From positions 3,424,001 through 3,488,000 of the forward strand of contig OY969474.1 of the NCBI GenBank assembly GCA_963700145.1: a DNA stretch of 64,000 bases, read 5' to 3'. This DNA comes from an uncultured Acidobacteriota bacterium. GTDB taxonomy: Bacteria; Acidobacteriota; Thermoanaerobaculia; Multivoradales; UBA5704. Shown piece by piece: positions 48,383 through 63,922 of this stretch. Numbering within the stretch: position 1 is the first letter of the stretch; each line of letters opens with the position of its first letter. The notes under the pieces were generated by a model that saw only the letters and a list, made by a program, of their open reading frames with translations, made no database searches and was not told where the DNA came from. The translations under genes and the position numbers were made by a program.

Positions 48383-49480
48383 ATGGAAATCCGCCTTCGC
48401 CGTAGCGAGCTACTGTCCGAGCTGGTCCCGATGCAGGGAATCGTCGAGCGCAAGACGACGATCCCGGTGCTCTCGCACCTGCTGCTCACGGTGCGCGAGG
48501 ACCGGCTGCATCTGGCGGCCACCGACCTCGACGTCTCGCTCACCTCCTCGTGCGAGGCGGACGTCAAGCGCGACGGCGGCGTGGCGGTGCAAGCCAAGAA
48601 GCTCTTCGAGATCGTCCGCTCGCTGGTGGCCGACGACGTGGCGCTGGTCCTCGACGACCCGCGCTCCCTCACGATCCGCGCCGGCCGCTCCCGCTTCAAG
48701 ATCCACGGCCTCGCCCCGGACGACTTCCCCACCCTGCCGGTGGTGGACGACAAGACCGCCATCGAGATCCCCTTCGCCGACCTCCGGCGGATGATCGGCA
48801 AGGTCCTCTTCGCCGTCTCGGCCGAGGAGTCGCGCTTCCAGCTCAACGGCGCCCTCTTGAAGCTCAAGAAAGGGGCGCTCGAGCTGGTGGCCACCGACGG
48901 CCACCGCCTGGCGCTCGTCGAAGCCGGCCTCGACGGCGCCGACGGCGACCACCAGGTGCTGGTGCCGCGCAAGGCCCTCCAGGAGCTGCAGCGGCTCGAA
49001 GGCGAAGGCAACGTCGCCTACCGCCGCGGCGAGCACCACCTCTCGTTCCGCCTCGGCCGGCGCGAGCTGGTCTGCCGGATCCTCGAGGGGAGCTTCCCCG
49101 ACTACGAGCGGGTGATCGCCAAGGACAACGACAAGAAGGCGGTCTTCGAGCGCAAGGCGCTAGTCGACGGCGTGCAGCGGGTGGCGATCCTGACCGGCGA
49201 CCGGGCACGGGCGGTGCGGCTGCAGTTCGCGCCCGACCAGCTCACCATCTCGACCCAGAACCCGGACCTGGGCGAAGCGGTCGAGGAGCTGGCCTGCGAC
49301 TACGACGGGCCGGAGTTCCGCGTCGGCATGAACCCCGATTACCTCGCCAGCTTCCTCTCGGCGGTCGAGACCGAGAAGGTGCGCCTCGAGCTCAAGGACG
49401 AGAACACGCAGTGCGTGGGCTACCCGGTGGATGGCCCCGACGCGCGGTACCTCTGCGTCATCATGCCGATGCGGCTGTAG
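48383..49480 (+). CDS. dnaN: DNA polymerase III beta clamp
   Basis: [30 protein letters not shown]. Confidence 0.97.
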   Translation: MEIRLRRSELLSELVPMQGIVERKTTIPVLSHLLLTVREDRLHLAATDLDVSLTSSCEADVKRDGGVAVQAKKLFEIVRSLVADDVALVLDDPRSLTIRAGRSRFKIHGLAPDDFPTLPVVDDKTAIEIPFADLRRMIGKVLFAVSAEESRFQLNGALLKLKKGALELVATDGHRLALVEAGLDGADGDHQVLVPRKALQELQRLEGEGNVAYRRGEHHLSFRLGRRELVCRILEGSFPDYERVIAKDNDKKAVFERKALVDGVQRVAILTGDRARAVRLQFAPDQLTISTQNPDLGEAVEELACDYDGPEFRVGMNPDYLASFLSAVETEKVRLELKDENTQCVGYPVDGPDARYLCVIMPMRL

Positions 49481-49489
49481 CCCTCTCGC

Positions 49490-50587
49490 TTGCTCCGCCA
49501 GCTCGCCGCCCGCGGCTTCCGCAACCTCGAGCCGCTCGCCTGGGAGCCGGAGCCCGGCAGCCACCTCCTCCTCGGCGGCAACGGCGCCGGCAAGACCAGC
49601 CTCCTCGAAGCCGTCTACGTCCTCGCCACCACCAAGAGCTTCCGCACGCCGCGCCTCGCCGACTGCGTGCGCCATGGCGAAAGCTCGTTCCACCTCGCGG
49701 CGGAGGTCGAAAGGGACCGCCGCGCGCGGCTGGAGGTCGGCTGGGAGGCGGGGGAGCGCTCGCGCTCCGTCAACGGCAAGACCGGGAGCCGCGCCGAGCA
49801 CCTGGCGGCGCTGCCGGTCGCCGCCTGGCACGCCGGCGAGGCCGACGTCCTCACGGGCGACCCCGGCGCCCGCCGGCGCTTCCTCGACCGCGGCGTCGTC
49901 GGCCTGCGGCCGGCGGCGCTCGAGGCCCTCTCCCGCTACCGCGCCGCCCTCTTCCAGAAGCGGCAGCTCCTGGCCGCCGGCAGCGACGGGCTGGAGAGCT
50001 GGAACGAGCTCCTCGCCGGCGCGGCCGCGGAGGTCATCTACCTGCGGCAGAGATACTTCGAGCGGCTCGTGGAGGAGCTGGCGCAGGTGACCGCGGCGGC
50101 CGCGCTGCCGCTGGCGGAGGTCGAGCTGCGCTACCGCCCTTCGCCGGCCGGCGGGCTCGATGGGGCCCACGAGATCGCCGCCAGCTTCGCCCGCATGGCC
50201 GACCGCGAGCGCCGCCGCCAGCTGCCGCTCCTCGGCCCACACCGCGACGACGTCGAGGTCCTCCTCGGCGGCCACGAGGTGCGCAGAGTCGCCTCCGCCG
50301 GCGAGCGGAAGGCCCTCTCGCTCCTCCTCCTCGCCGCCCACGGGCGGGTCCTCGCCGGCGCCGGCCGCGAGCCGCTCTACCTCCTCGACGACGCCGACGC
50401 GGAGCTCGCCCCGCCCACCCTCGCCGCCCTCTGGCGCGTCTTCGCCGGCGCCTCGCAGCTGGTCGCCAGCTCGAACCGCCCGCAGGTCTGGCTGGCCCTC
50501 GAAGTGGGGCGGCTCTGGCACGTCGAAGAGGGGCGTTTGCGCTCCCTCGACCCCGCCCCCGCCGAGGACCCGGAAGACACCGCGTAA
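49490..50587 (+). CDS. recF: DNA replication and repair protein RecF
   Basis: [33 protein letters not shown]. Confidence 0.93.
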   Translation: MLRQLAARGFRNLEPLAWEPEPGSHLLLGGNGAGKTSLLEAVYVLATTKSFRTPRLADCVRHGESSFHLAAEVERDRRARLEVGWEAGERSRSVNGKTGSRAEHLAALPVAAWHAGEADVLTGDPGARRRFLDRGVVGLRPAALEALSRYRAALFQKRQLLAAGSDGLESWNELLAGAAAEVIYLRQRYFERLVEELAQVTAAAALPLAEVELRYRPSPAGGLDGAHEIAASFARMADRERRRQLPLLGPHRDDVEVLLGGHEVRRVASAGERKALSLLLLAAHGRVLAGAGREPLYLLDDADAELAPPTLAALWRVFAGASQLVASSNRPQVWLALEVGRLWHVEEGRLRSLDPAPAEDPEDTA

Positions 50588-50605
50588 GTTATTGCAGGGG
50601 AATGA

Positions 50606-53158
<2,553 letters not shown>

Positions 53159-53164
53159 AAGGGA

Positions 53165-53419
53165 ATGGGACGATACCCGAGGCTCATTGAGACCATCCTC
53201 CGCGGGCAATCCGACGCGAACATCAGCTTCGAGGATCTTCGCGGATTGCTGCTTCACCTCGGATTCCAGGAAAGGAAGCGTGGCAGCCACCACATCTTTC
53301 GCAAATCGGGAGTCGAAGAGCGAATTAATTTGCAGCGGGAGGGCAGCAAAGCGAAGCCGTATCAGGTAAGGCAGGTACGGGTAGCCCTGGTTCGCTACCG
53401 CTTGGAGCCAAGCGAATGA
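53165..53419 (+). CDS. hicA: HicA family toxin
   Basis: [16 protein letters not shown]; lower GC. Confidence 0.9.
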   Translation: MGRYPRLIETILRGQSDANISFEDLRGLLLHLGFQERKRGSHHIFRKSGVEERINLQREGSKAKPYQVRQVRVALVRYRLEPSE

Positions 53420-53631
53420 GTCACAAGTACGAAGTCATCGTTTACTGGAGCGAGCCGGATGAGGCGTTCGTTGCCGAGGTGCCGGAGCTCCCCGGCTGCG
53501 CCGCGCACGGGAGTTCGCCGGGGGAGGCCCTCCGCGAGGCCCAAGAGGCGATCACACTCTGGCTGGACACCGCGCGGGAGTTCGGCGATCCCATCCCCGA
53601 GCCAAAGGGCCGGCGCCTGCAGTATGCATAG
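53416..53631 (+). CDS. hicB: HicB family antitoxin (short, no DNA-binding domain)
   Basis: [21 protein letters not shown]...GDPIPEP. Confidence 0.9.
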   Translation: MSHKYEVIVYWSEPDEAFVAEVPELPGCAAHGSSPGEALREAQEAITLWLDTAREFGDPIPEPKGRRLQYA

Positions 53632-53714
53632 TCGAAGCGAGGAATCGGCACTCGTGGTTTTGCAAGAGTGCTTGGTGCGCCCCACGGAAGCCTAGTCGAG
53701 ATGGAAGAGGAACC

Positions 53715-56222
<2,508 letters not shown>

Positions 56223-56232
56223 GGAGGCGCGC

Positions 56233-56889
56233 ATGAAGTTCTTCCTGGACACCGCCGACGTCGAGGAGATCAAGAAGGGGCTGGAGTGGGGGATGGTGGA
56301 CGGCATCACCACCAACCCGACGCTCATCGCCAAGCAGGGGAAGCCGTACCTCGGCACGGTGCAGGAGATCGCGCGCCTGGTGCCCGGCCCGGTCTCGGGC
56401 GAGGTGCTGGCGACCGAGTTCGACGAGATCATGGAGCAGGGCAAGCGCCTCTCGGCGCTGGCCGAGAACGTGGTCGTCAAGGTGCCGCTCATCCCCGCCG
56501 GCCTGCGCGCCGTGCGCGCGCTCGGGGAGCTCGGGATCCGCACCAACGTCACCCTCTGCTTCTCGGCGGCGCAGGCGCTCCTCGCCGCCAAGGCGGGCGC
56601 GGCCTACATCTCCCCCTTCATCGGCCGGCTGGACGACGTCGGGCAGGAAGGGATGGACCTGATCGGACAAGTGGTCTCGATCTACGAGAACTACGACTTC
56701 GAGACCGAGGTCCTGGTGGCCTCGGTGCGCCACCCGGTGCACGTGGTGCAGGCGGCGATGCTCGGCGCCGATGTCGCCACCCTCCCCTTCAAGGTGCTCG
56801 AGCAGCTCTACAACCACCCGCTGACCGACCTCGGCCTCGACAAGTTCCTCGCCGACTGGAAGAAAACCGGCAAGAAGTTCGACGAGTAG
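56233..56889 (+). CDS. Transaldolase / fructose-6-phosphate aldolase family
   Basis: [27 protein letters not shown]. Confidence 0.92.
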   Translation: MKFFLDTADVEEIKKGLEWGMVDGITTNPTLIAKQGKPYLGTVQEIARLVPGPVSGEVLATEFDEIMEQGKRLSALAENVVVKVPLIPAGLRAVRALGELGIRTNVTLCFSAAQALLAAKAGAAYISPFIGRLDDVGQEGMDLIGQVVSIYENYDFETEVLVASVRHPVHVVQAAMLGADVATLPFKVLEQLYNHPLTDLGLDKFLADWKKTGKKFDE

Positions 56890-56932
56890 TAGACTCCGCC
56901 CCCTGCGGCGCGAGCCTGGAGGAGACCCCCCG

Positions 56933-58324
56933 ATGAGCCAAGACTCCCGAGACGTCCTGGAGCGGATCGAGCGCGAGAAGGAGGGCTATCTCGAGGAGCT
57001 CAAGGACTACATCCGCATCCCGTCGATCTCGACCGACCCCGAGTACAAGAAGGACGTCCTGCGCTGCAGCGAGTGGCTGCTCGGGAAGCTCCGCGACGCC
57101 GGCCTCCAGGCCGAGAAGATCGAGACCGCCGGCAACCCCCTGGTCTACGCCGAGTGGAACGGCGCGCCGGGGAAACCCACCGTCCTCTTCTACGGCCACT
57201 ACGACGTCCAGCCGGTCGACCCGGTCGACCTCTGGCGCCACCCGCCGTTCGAGCCGACGGTCGACGGCGACAAGCTCTACGCCCGCGGCGCCACCGACGA
57301 CAAGGGGCAGTCCTACTGCCACGTCAAGGGGGTGGCGGCGCACCTGGCCGAGCGCGGGAGCCTGCCGGTCAACGTCAAGTTCATCGTCGAGGGCGAGGAG
57401 GAGTCGGGGGGCGCGGCAATCGAGAAGTTCGTCCGCGAGGACGCCGGCAAGAAGCTCGCGGCCGACGCCGTCGTCGTCTCCGACACCTCGATGTACGGCC
57501 CCGGGCAGCCGTCGCTGATCTACGGCCTCAAGGGCCTGACCTACATGGAGATCAAGGTCACCGGCCCGGCCCGCGACCTGCACTCCGGCACCTTCGGCGG
57601 CGCCGTCCAGAACCCGCTCAACGCCCTCTGCCGCATCGTCGACAGCCTGCGCGACATCGAGACCGGCAAGGTCCGGATCGACGGCTTCTACGACGACGTC
57701 CGCCCGCTCGCCGACTGGGAGCGCGAGGAGTTCGCCAAGCTCCCCTTCGACGAGGAGGCCTACAAGCGCGAGCTGGGCGTCCCCGAGCTGCACGGCGAGG
57801 AGGGGTACTCGACGCGCGAGCGCACCTGGGCGCGCCCGACCTGCGACGTCAACGGCATCTTCGGCGGCTACGAGGGGAAGGGGGCGAAGACCGTGCTGCC
57901 GTCGTGGGGCGGCGCCAAGGTCTCGATGCGGCTGGTCCCCGACCAGCAGCCGGAAAAAGTGGCCGACCTCTTCCGCAAGCACGTCGAGAAGGTGAAGCCC
58001 AAGGGAGTGACAGTCCAGGTCGATTACCTGCACGGCGCCAAGGCGGTGGTGGTCGAGGCCGAGGGGCCGCTCGTCGATGCCGCCCTCGACGCGATGGAGG
58101 ACGTCTGGGGCGCGCGCCCGGTGCGCATCCGCGAGGGGGGCTCGATCCCGATCGTCGCCACCTTCGCCGAGGTGCTGAAGGCGCCGGTCCTGCTGCTGGG
58201 CTTCGGCCTCCACGACGACGGCCTCCACTCCCCGAACGAGAAGTTCAACATCAGCCACTACTACAACGGGGTGCGCTCGGTCGCCCGCCTCCTCGACAAG
58301 GTCGGAGAGATCGGCGCCGCGTGA
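56933..58324 (+). CDS. M20 family dipeptidase
   Basis: YGHYDVQP, ARGATDDKG, EGEEE, HSPNEKF. Confidence 0.92.
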   Translation: MSQDSRDVLERIEREKEGYLEELKDYIRIPSISTDPEYKKDVLRCSEWLLGKLRDAGLQAEKIETAGNPLVYAEWNGAPGKPTVLFYGHYDVQPVDPVDLWRHPPFEPTVDGDKLYARGATDDKGQSYCHVKGVAAHLAERGSLPVNVKFIVEGEEESGGAAIEKFVREDAGKKLAADAVVVSDTSMYGPGQPSLIYGLKGLTYMEIKVTGPARDLHSGTFGGAVQNPLNALCRIVDSLRDIETGKVRIDGFYDDVRPLADWEREEFAKLPFDEEAYKRELGVPELHGEEGYSTRERTWARPTCDVNGIFGGYEGKGAKTVLPSWGGAKVSMRLVPDQQPEKVADLFRKHVEKVKPKGVTVQVDYLHGAKAVVVEAEGPLVDAALDAMEDVWGARPVRIREGGSIPIVATFAEVLKAPVLLLGFGLHDDGLHSPNEKFNISHYYNGVRSVARLLDKVGEIGAA

Positions 58325-58331
58325 TGAGGCC

Positions 58332-58904
58332 ATGAAGTCAAAAGGCGGCGTCGAGCGCGAGCTCAAGTTCCCGCACGTCGAGCTCGAGCGCCTCCGCGAG
58401 CGGCTGGAGGAGCTCGAGGCCGAGCGGGTGGGGCCGGGGGCCTTCGAGGACAACCTCATCCTCGACCGCGACGGCGAGCTCGAGAAGGAGGGGAAGATCC
58501 TCCGCCTGCGCACCGTCGGGCAGCGCAACTGGGTGACCTTCAAGGGGCCGATGCACCTCGAAGGACTGACCAAGGTGCGCGTCGAGCACGAGATCGCGGT
58601 CGAAGGCGCGGACGAGGCGCTCGCCCTCTTCCAGAGCCTGGGCTACAGCGCCGTCACCCGCTACCAGAAGGTGCGCGAGGAGTGGATGCTCGGCGGCGTC
58701 ATGATCGCCCTCGACCACACTCCGATCGGCGACTTCGCCGAGTTCGAGGGCGACGGCGCCGAGACCGTGGCCCGCCGCTGCGGCTTCGACCCGGTCAAGG
58801 CCGAGCGCCGCTCCTACCTCCGCCTCTACGCCGCGCACCGCAAGAGCCACAAGGACGCCCCGCCCGAGATGGTCTTCCCGGCCAACCGGACGCCGGGGTC
58901 GTGA
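58332..58904 (+). CDS. CYTH domain protein (class IV adenylate cyclase-like)
   Basis: ERELK N-terminal motif, LRLR, TFKGP, YQKVRE, FAEFEG. Confidence 0.85.
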   Translation: MKSKGGVERELKFPHVELERLRERLEELEAERVGPGAFEDNLILDRDGELEKEGKILRLRTVGQRNWVTFKGPMHLEGLTKVRVEHEIAVEGADEALALFQSLGYSAVTRYQKVREEWMLGGVMIALDHTPIGDFAEFEGDGAETVARRCGFDPVKAERRSYLRLYAAHRKSHKDAPPEMVFPANRTPGS

Positions 58905-59944
58905 GGCGCGCGCAGGGCCGGTTGCGGGCCGTCGTGCTGGCGGCCGGCCTGGGCCTGCGCCTGCGCCCTCTCACCGAGTCCGTCCCCAAGCCGCTGCTGC
59001 CGGTGGCGGGGCTGCCGGTCCTCGGCCACACCCTGGCGCGCCTGGCCGAGCTGGGCTGCGAGGCGGCGGCGATCAACCTCCACTACCTGCCGAGAGCGAT
59101 CCGCGGCTGGTTCGGCGACTCCTTCCGCGGCCTGCCGATCACCTGGTCCGAGGAGCCGGAGGTGTTGGGCACGCTCGGGGCGCTGGCGCCGCTGCGCGAC
59201 TTCCTCCGCCCGGCCGACCTGGCCCTGCTGATCAACGGCGACAGCCTCTGCCGCTGGCCGCTCAGAAAGCTCCTGCGCCACCACCGCGCCAGCGGCGCCG
59301 ACTCGACATTGCTCTTGACCCGCCGCGCCGACCCGGCGCGCTTCGGCGGCGGCGTCGGGATCGACGGCGAGGGGCGTGTCGTCTCCTTCCGCGCTGGGGG
59401 CCCCGTGGCCGGCGAGGCGGCCGCGCACCACGTCTTCGCCGGCGCCCACATCTTCGCGCCGTCGCTGGTCGCCGGCGTCGAGGCGCGGCACTCCGACATC
59501 GTCGCCGACCTCTACCAGCCGATGCTGGCCGAAGGCCGCCCGATCGCGACGCTCCTCACCGCGCGCCCCTGGCACGACCTGGGGACGCCGCGGCGCTACC
59601 TCGAGGGTGTCCTCGAGACGGTGCGCGGCCGTTGGCCGCGCCCGCTGCCGCGCTCCTGGGTAGCGCCGGAGGCGAGCCTGGGCGCGGGGGCGCGGCTGCG
59701 CGACGCGGCGGTTGAGGCGCTCGCCGCGGTCGGGCCCGGGGCGCAGATCGAGCGCTCGCTCCTCCTGCCCGGCGCACGAGTAGGCGAGGGCTGCGTCCTG
59801 CGCGAGGCGATCGTCGGCTACGGCGTCGAGCTGCCGCCGGGGAGCTGGGTGGAGCGCCGGGTGGCGACGCCGCGTCGCGCCGGCGAGGCGCTCGGCGAGG
59901 GCCAGTCGGCGGTGGGCGAGGTCGTCTACACTCCTCTGGCGTGA
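58901..59944 (+). CDS. NDP-sugar pyrophosphorylase family nucleotidyltransferase
   Basis: LAAGLGLRLRPLT..PKPL, INGD, WHDLGT, hexapeptide tail. Confidence 0.88.
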   Translation: MRRAQGRLRAVVLAAGLGLRLRPLTESVPKPLLPVAGLPVLGHTLARLAELGCEAAAINLHYLPRAIRGWFGDSFRGLPITWSEEPEVLGTLGALAPLRDFLRPADLALLINGDSLCRWPLRKLLRHHRASGADSTLLLTRRADPARFGGGVGIDGEGRVVSFRAGGPVAGEAAAHHVFAGAHIFAPSLVAGVEARHSDIVADLYQPMLAEGRPIATLLTARPWHDLGTPRRYLEGVLETVRGRWPRPLPRSWVAPEASLGAGARLRDAAVEALAAVGPGAQIERSLLLPGARVGEGCVLREAIVGYGVELPPGSWVERRVATPRRAGEALGEGQSAVGEVVYTPLA

Positions 59945-60687
59945 GCCCCGCCAGCCGAACGCCGCGCCGCGCCGACCCCCGCTACCGCCTCCTCGTCTTC
60001 GACTGGGACGGCACGCTCATGGACTCGGTGGGGACGATCGTCGCCTGCGCGCAGGCCACGATCTGCGGCCTCGGCCTGCCGCTGCCGGGCGAGGGAGTCA
60101 TCCGCTCGACCGTCGGGCTCGGGCTGCGCGAGACGATCGAGCGCCTGCAGCCGGGCTGCGACGACGCCCTCTACGAGCGCATCGTCGCCGCCTACCGCAT
60201 GCATTGGCACGGCACCTACCGCGACCTGCCGCTCCTCTTCCCCGAAGTGCGCGAGCTGCTCGACGGCCTGGCGGAGGCGGGGCACCTCCTCGCCGTCGCC
60301 ACCGGCAAGAGCCGGCGCGGCCTCGAGCACGCGCTCGAGCAGAGCGGGCTCGCGAGCCGCTTCCACGCCACGCGCACCGCCGACGAGGCGCCGTCGAAGC
60401 CGCATCCGCAGATGCTCTGGGACCTGCTCGAGGAGCTGGGAACGCGCCAGGAGGAGACGCTGATGGTCGGCGACACCACGCACGACCTCCAGATGGCGCG
60501 CAGCGCCGGCGTGGCGGCGGTAGGGGTGGCGAGCGGCACCCAGCCGCGCGCCGAGCTGGAGCGCCTGGCGCCGCTCGCCTGCCTGGAGCGGGTGGGGGAG
60601 CTGGCCCCCTGGCTCGCCGGCGCCCCCCTCTCCCATGTGGGAGAGGGGCCAGGGGTGAGGGAGATGGGGTCAATGCAGGAAAGGTAG
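59941..60687 (+). CDS. HAD-IA hydrolase (phosphoglycolate phosphatase-like)
   Basis: FDWDGTL, VATGK, SKPHP, VGDTTHD. Confidence 0.9.
   Translation: MSPASRTPRRADPRYRLLVFDWDGTLMDSVGTIVACAQATICGLGLPLPGEGVIRSTVGLGLRETIERLQPGCDDALYERIVAAYRMHWHGTYRDLPLLFPEVRELLDGLAEAGHLLAVATGKSRRGLEHALEQSGLASRFHATRTADEAPSKPHPQMLWDLLEELGTRQEETLMVGDTTHDLQMARSAGVAAVGVASGTQPRAELERLAPLACLERVGELAPWLAGAPLSHVGEGPGVREMGSMQER
60623..60683 (-). repeat. REP-like palindromic element, divergent copy 3 inside HAD 3' end
   Basis: cccctctccc-atgt-gggagagggg-ccaggggtgaggg...gtcaatgcaggaaag. Confidence 0.75.
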
Positions 60688-60705
60688 CCGTTTCCTTCCC
60701 TCTTC

Positions 60706-61584
60706 CTACGACTTCCCCTTCCAGCCCGCCAGCGAGGTCTCGAGCTCCGCCACGATGTTGGCCGGCGGCGGGTTGGTCGCGGCCTTGGCGGCGGCGAGCG
60801 CCTTCTCGGCGTGGGCGATCGCCCCCGCCGTGTCGTTCTTCTTCTCGCGCAGGCGCGCCATCGCGCGGTGGTTCCAGAAGCTCTCGCCCATGGCCAGCGA
60901 GGCCGCCAGCCAGCGCTCCGCCTCGTCGAGGCAGGTGTTGTTGTCGAGGCAGTAGTTGGCCGCCTGGTAGGGGGTCTGCCAGCGCAGCGTCTCGTTGGCC
61001 TTGGCGAGCACCAGCTTCGGCGTGTCGATCTCGAGCTTGAACGGCACCTCGATCTTTTCCCAGGCGAGCACCACGTTGGCCGAGGTGTCGGTCAGGTCTT
61101 CGAAGCTGAACTGCAGCCGCTCGTGCGGGTGCTCCGACGGCCGCGGCTTGACGGTGGCGCGCAGGGCGTCGTTCTCCGGCTTGTATTCGAAGGCGCCCCA
61201 GGCGTCGGCGTCCTTGGAGAGGATCAGCGTCCAGTCCCCTTCCGTCGGGATGGTCTGGAGGCCGTAGGTGCCGGCCGGCAGCTCGGTGCCCTCGACCTTC
61301 ACGGGGGTCGAGAAGCTGATCGTGGTGTTCTCGTTGGCGCCGGAGCGCCAGACCTCGCCGTAGGGCACCAGCTCGCCCCAGATCTTCCGCCCCTTGACGC
61401 CGGGACGGCTGTAGCGGAGGGTGACCTCGGTGACGCCGATCACCTGGGTGACGGTAGCGTTGGGCGACAGGCGCGGGAACTGGACCTGCGGCTGCTGCGC
61501 CGCCGCGGGGGCGGCCGGCAGCAGGACGGTGAGCGCGGCGAGCGCGGTGAAGTAGGCGGCGGCGCGCGAGTGGGTCAGACGCAT
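60706..61584 (-). CDS. DUF2911 protein with C-terminal TPR
   Basis: Signal; PRLSP..V.Q.IG...YSRP.VKGRKIWG.LVPYG.VWR.GAN. Confidence 0.88.
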   Translation of the reverse strand: MRLTHSRAAAYFTALAALTVLLPAAPAAAQQPQVQFPRLSPNATVTQVIGVTEVTLRYSRPGVKGRKIWGELVPYGEVWRSGANENTTISFSTPVKVEGTELPAGTYGLQTIPTEGDWTLILSKDADAWGAFEYKPENDALRATVKPRPSEHPHERLQFSFEDLTDTSANVVLAWEKIEVPFKLEIDTPKLVLAKANETLRWQTPYQAANYCLDNNTCLDEAERWLAASLAMGESFWNHRAMARLREKKNDTAGAIAHAEKALAAAKAATNPPPANIVAELETSLAGWKGKS

Positions 61585-61615
61585 CGGGTTTTCTCCTTTC
61601 GAGCGAAGCTGGAAT

Positions 61616-62683
61616 CTACCAGAGCGCGGGCGCCGCGGCCGGCACCGGCGCGGCGGCCGGCGCGACCCAGCCGTGGAGGCTCTCGAGCGCCAGCTCGGCC
61701 AGGGCGCGGACGTGGTCGGGGCGGTCGTTGAGCGCCGGGACGTAGCGGTAGCTCTCGCCGCCGGCGGCGAGGAACACCTCGCGGTTCTCCTCGTCGATCT
61801 CCTCGATCGTCTCCAGGCAGTCGGCCGAGAAGCCCGGGCAGACGACGTCGAGGCGGCGCACGCCGTCGGCGGCGAGCTGGCGGATCGTCTGGTCGGTGTA
61901 GGGCCGGAGCCACTCCTCCTTGCCGAAGAGCGACTGGAAGGAGACCACCCAGCGCTCGCGCGGCAGCCCCAGCCGCTCGGCGGCGAGGCGCGCCGTCTCC
62001 CGGCAGTGGCGCGGGTAGGGGTCGCCGGCGTCGGCGTAGCGCTGCGGGATGCCGTGGAACGAGAAGAGCAGCCGCTCGCCCGGCGGCTCGCGCCGCCAGG
62101 CCTCGCGCACCGAGGCCGCCAGCGCCTCCACGTAGGCCGGCCGGTCGAAGTAGTGGTGCACGGTGCGCAGCTCCGGCACCCAGCGCCAGCGGGCCAGCTC
62201 CTCGGCGGCCGCGTCGAAGGTGGAGCCGGTCGTCACCGCCGAGTACTGCGGGTAGAGGGGCAGCAGCACGATCCGCACGCACCCCTGCTCGGCCAGCTCG
62301 CGTAGCGCCGCCGGCAGCGACGGGTTGCCGTAGCGCATGCCGAGGGCGACCGGCACGGGCCCGCCGGCCAAGCGCGCCAGCTCCTCCGCCAGCGCCGCCT
62401 GCTGCCGCCGGCTGATGACCAGGAGCGGCGACCCCTCGGGCGTCCAGACCTTGCGGTAGAGCGCCGCCGACTTGCGCGGCCGGAAAGGGAGGACCGCGAG
62501 GTGGAGGATCGTCCACCAGAGCGGCCGCGGCAGCTCGATGACCCGCGGGTCGAGCAGGAACTGCCGCAGGTAGCGGCGCAGCGCCTTGGGCGTCGGCGCA
62601 TCGGGGGTGCCGAGGTTGGCGATCAGCACCCCCGCGCGCGCGGGCTCGCCGGGCGGGAGCTCGGGCGCGGGGCGGTACTTCAT
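61616..62683 (-). CDS. hemH: Ferrochelatase
   Basis: NLGTP, GSPL, MRYGNP, LYPQYS, FSFHG, FQS, DCLET. Confidence 0.95.
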   Translation of the reverse strand: MKYRPAPELPPGEPARAGVLIANLGTPDAPTPKALRRYLRQFLLDPRVIELPRPLWWTILHLAVLPFRPRKSAALYRKVWTPEGSPLLVISRRQQAALAEELARLAGGPVPVALGMRYGNPSLPAALRELAEQGCVRIVLLPLYPQYSAVTTGSTFDAAAEELARWRWVPELRTVHHYFDRPAYVEALAASVREAWRREPPGERLLFSFHGIPQRYADAGDPYPRHCRETARLAAERLGLPRERWVVSFQSLFGKEEWLRPYTDQTIRQLAADGVRRLDVVCPGFSADCLETIEEIDEENREVFLAAGGESYRYVPALNDRPDHVRALAELALESLHGWVAPAAAPVPAAAPALW

Positions 62684-62695
62684 GCGCCGCGCAGT

Positions 62696-63904
62696 CTAAG
62701 CCGACAGCAGGCCGAAGACCTCCGCCACCTGCTCCCAGCCGACCCGCATCAGGAACGTGTTGTTGCGGCCGTAGCTCTTGGCGCCGAGGATGAAGAAGCC
62801 GGGCTCGGGGTTGGTCAGCACCTCGACGCCGTGGCTGGTCTGGGCGAGGCAGTCGCCGGCGGCGGCGCCGAGGAGGGCGGCCGAGAGCTTCATCGGCGCG
62901 GCGGTGGCGTAGCACTCGTGCACCTGGAGCTGGCGGTAGAGGGAGTGGTCGCCGACCGAGCCGGTGAGCGACAGGACGCGGTCCACGACGACGCTCTCGC
63001 CGCCGCCGTTGCGCAGCCGCACGAGCACCCGCCCTTCGGCCGCCGGCGCCAGCTCCTCGACCGCCACGCCGCGCCGCGCCAGGAGCGCCGGCGAGGCGCC
63101 GGCCGCCAGCTCGGCCGCCGCCGCCGCCAGCGCGGCGCGCTCGGGCAGCGGGTCGCCTTCGGGGCTCCCCCAGGCCGGCTCCGGCCGCCGCAGCGCCCAG
63201 ACGATCCGCGTCCCCGGCGCCTCGCGCGCCAGCTCCGCCAGGTCGCGCGCCGCGGTCTGCGCCGAGTGCCCGGAGCCGGCGAGGAGCACCGTCTTCCCCG
63301 CCCACTCCCCCGCCTCGCGCGCCAGGTCGGGGATGGCGCGGTAGACGGCCCCGGCGAGGCCGCGCTCCCCCGGCGCCGGGATGCCGCCGTCCCCCAGGCT
63401 GTTGGGCTGGCCGTAGGTGCCGGTGGCGTCGATCACCAGGTCCGCGTGCTCCACCCACTCCCGCCCGTCGCGGCCGGCGAGGAGCAGCCGGAAGGGGGTA
63501 GCGCCGCGCGTCGCGTTGGCGATCTCCTCGTGCTTCAAGAGCCCTTCGCGGCCGACGGCGAGGACGCGCGTGCCGAGCCGCAGGCGCGGCGCCACCGCCG
63601 GCAGGCAGGCCAGCGGCGCGAGGAGGCGCTCGGCCAGCTCCCGGCCGGTCGGGCAGTCGTCGCCTTCGGGCGCCTCGTAGCCGGCGGCCGCGAGCGCGGC
63701 GCGCATGCGCGGCGAGACGTTGAGCGACCAGGGGGTGAAGAGGCGGACGTGCCCCCAGGCGCGGACGTGACCGCCCGGCTCCGCCGCCGCCTCGTAGAGG
63801 GTGAAGGGGTGGCCCGCCTCGGCGGCGGCGAGCGCCGCCTCGAGGCCGATCGGGCCGGCGCCCAGGATCGCGATGTGCGGCTTGGCTGCGGGGGTCGTGC
63901 TCAT
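62696..63904 (-). CDS. FAD/NAD(P)-dependent oxidoreductase (flavin monooxygenase-like)
   Basis: GAGPIG, DATG, GSGHSA, C-terminal GAKSYGR. Confidence 0.85.
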   Translation of the reverse strand: MSTTPAAKPHIAILGAGPIGLEAALAAAEAGHPFTLYEAAAEPGGHVRAWGHVRLFTPWSLNVSPRMRAALAAAGYEAPEGDDCPTGRELAERLLAPLACLPAVAPRLRLGTRVLAVGREGLLKHEEIANATRGATPFRLLLAGRDGREWVEHADLVIDATGTYGQPNSLGDGGIPAPGERGLAGAVYRAIPDLAREAGEWAGKTVLLAGSGHSAQTAARDLAELAREAPGTRIVWALRRPEPAWGSPEGDPLPERAALAAAAAELAAGASPALLARRGVAVEELAPAAEGRVLVRLRNGGGESVVVDRVLSLTGSVGDHSLYRQLQVHECYATAAPMKLSAALLGAAAGDCLAQTSHGVEVLTNPEPGFFILGAKSYGRNNTFLMRVGWEQVAEVFGLLSA

Positions 63905-63922
63905 CGTCGTCTCCTCGTCGGT

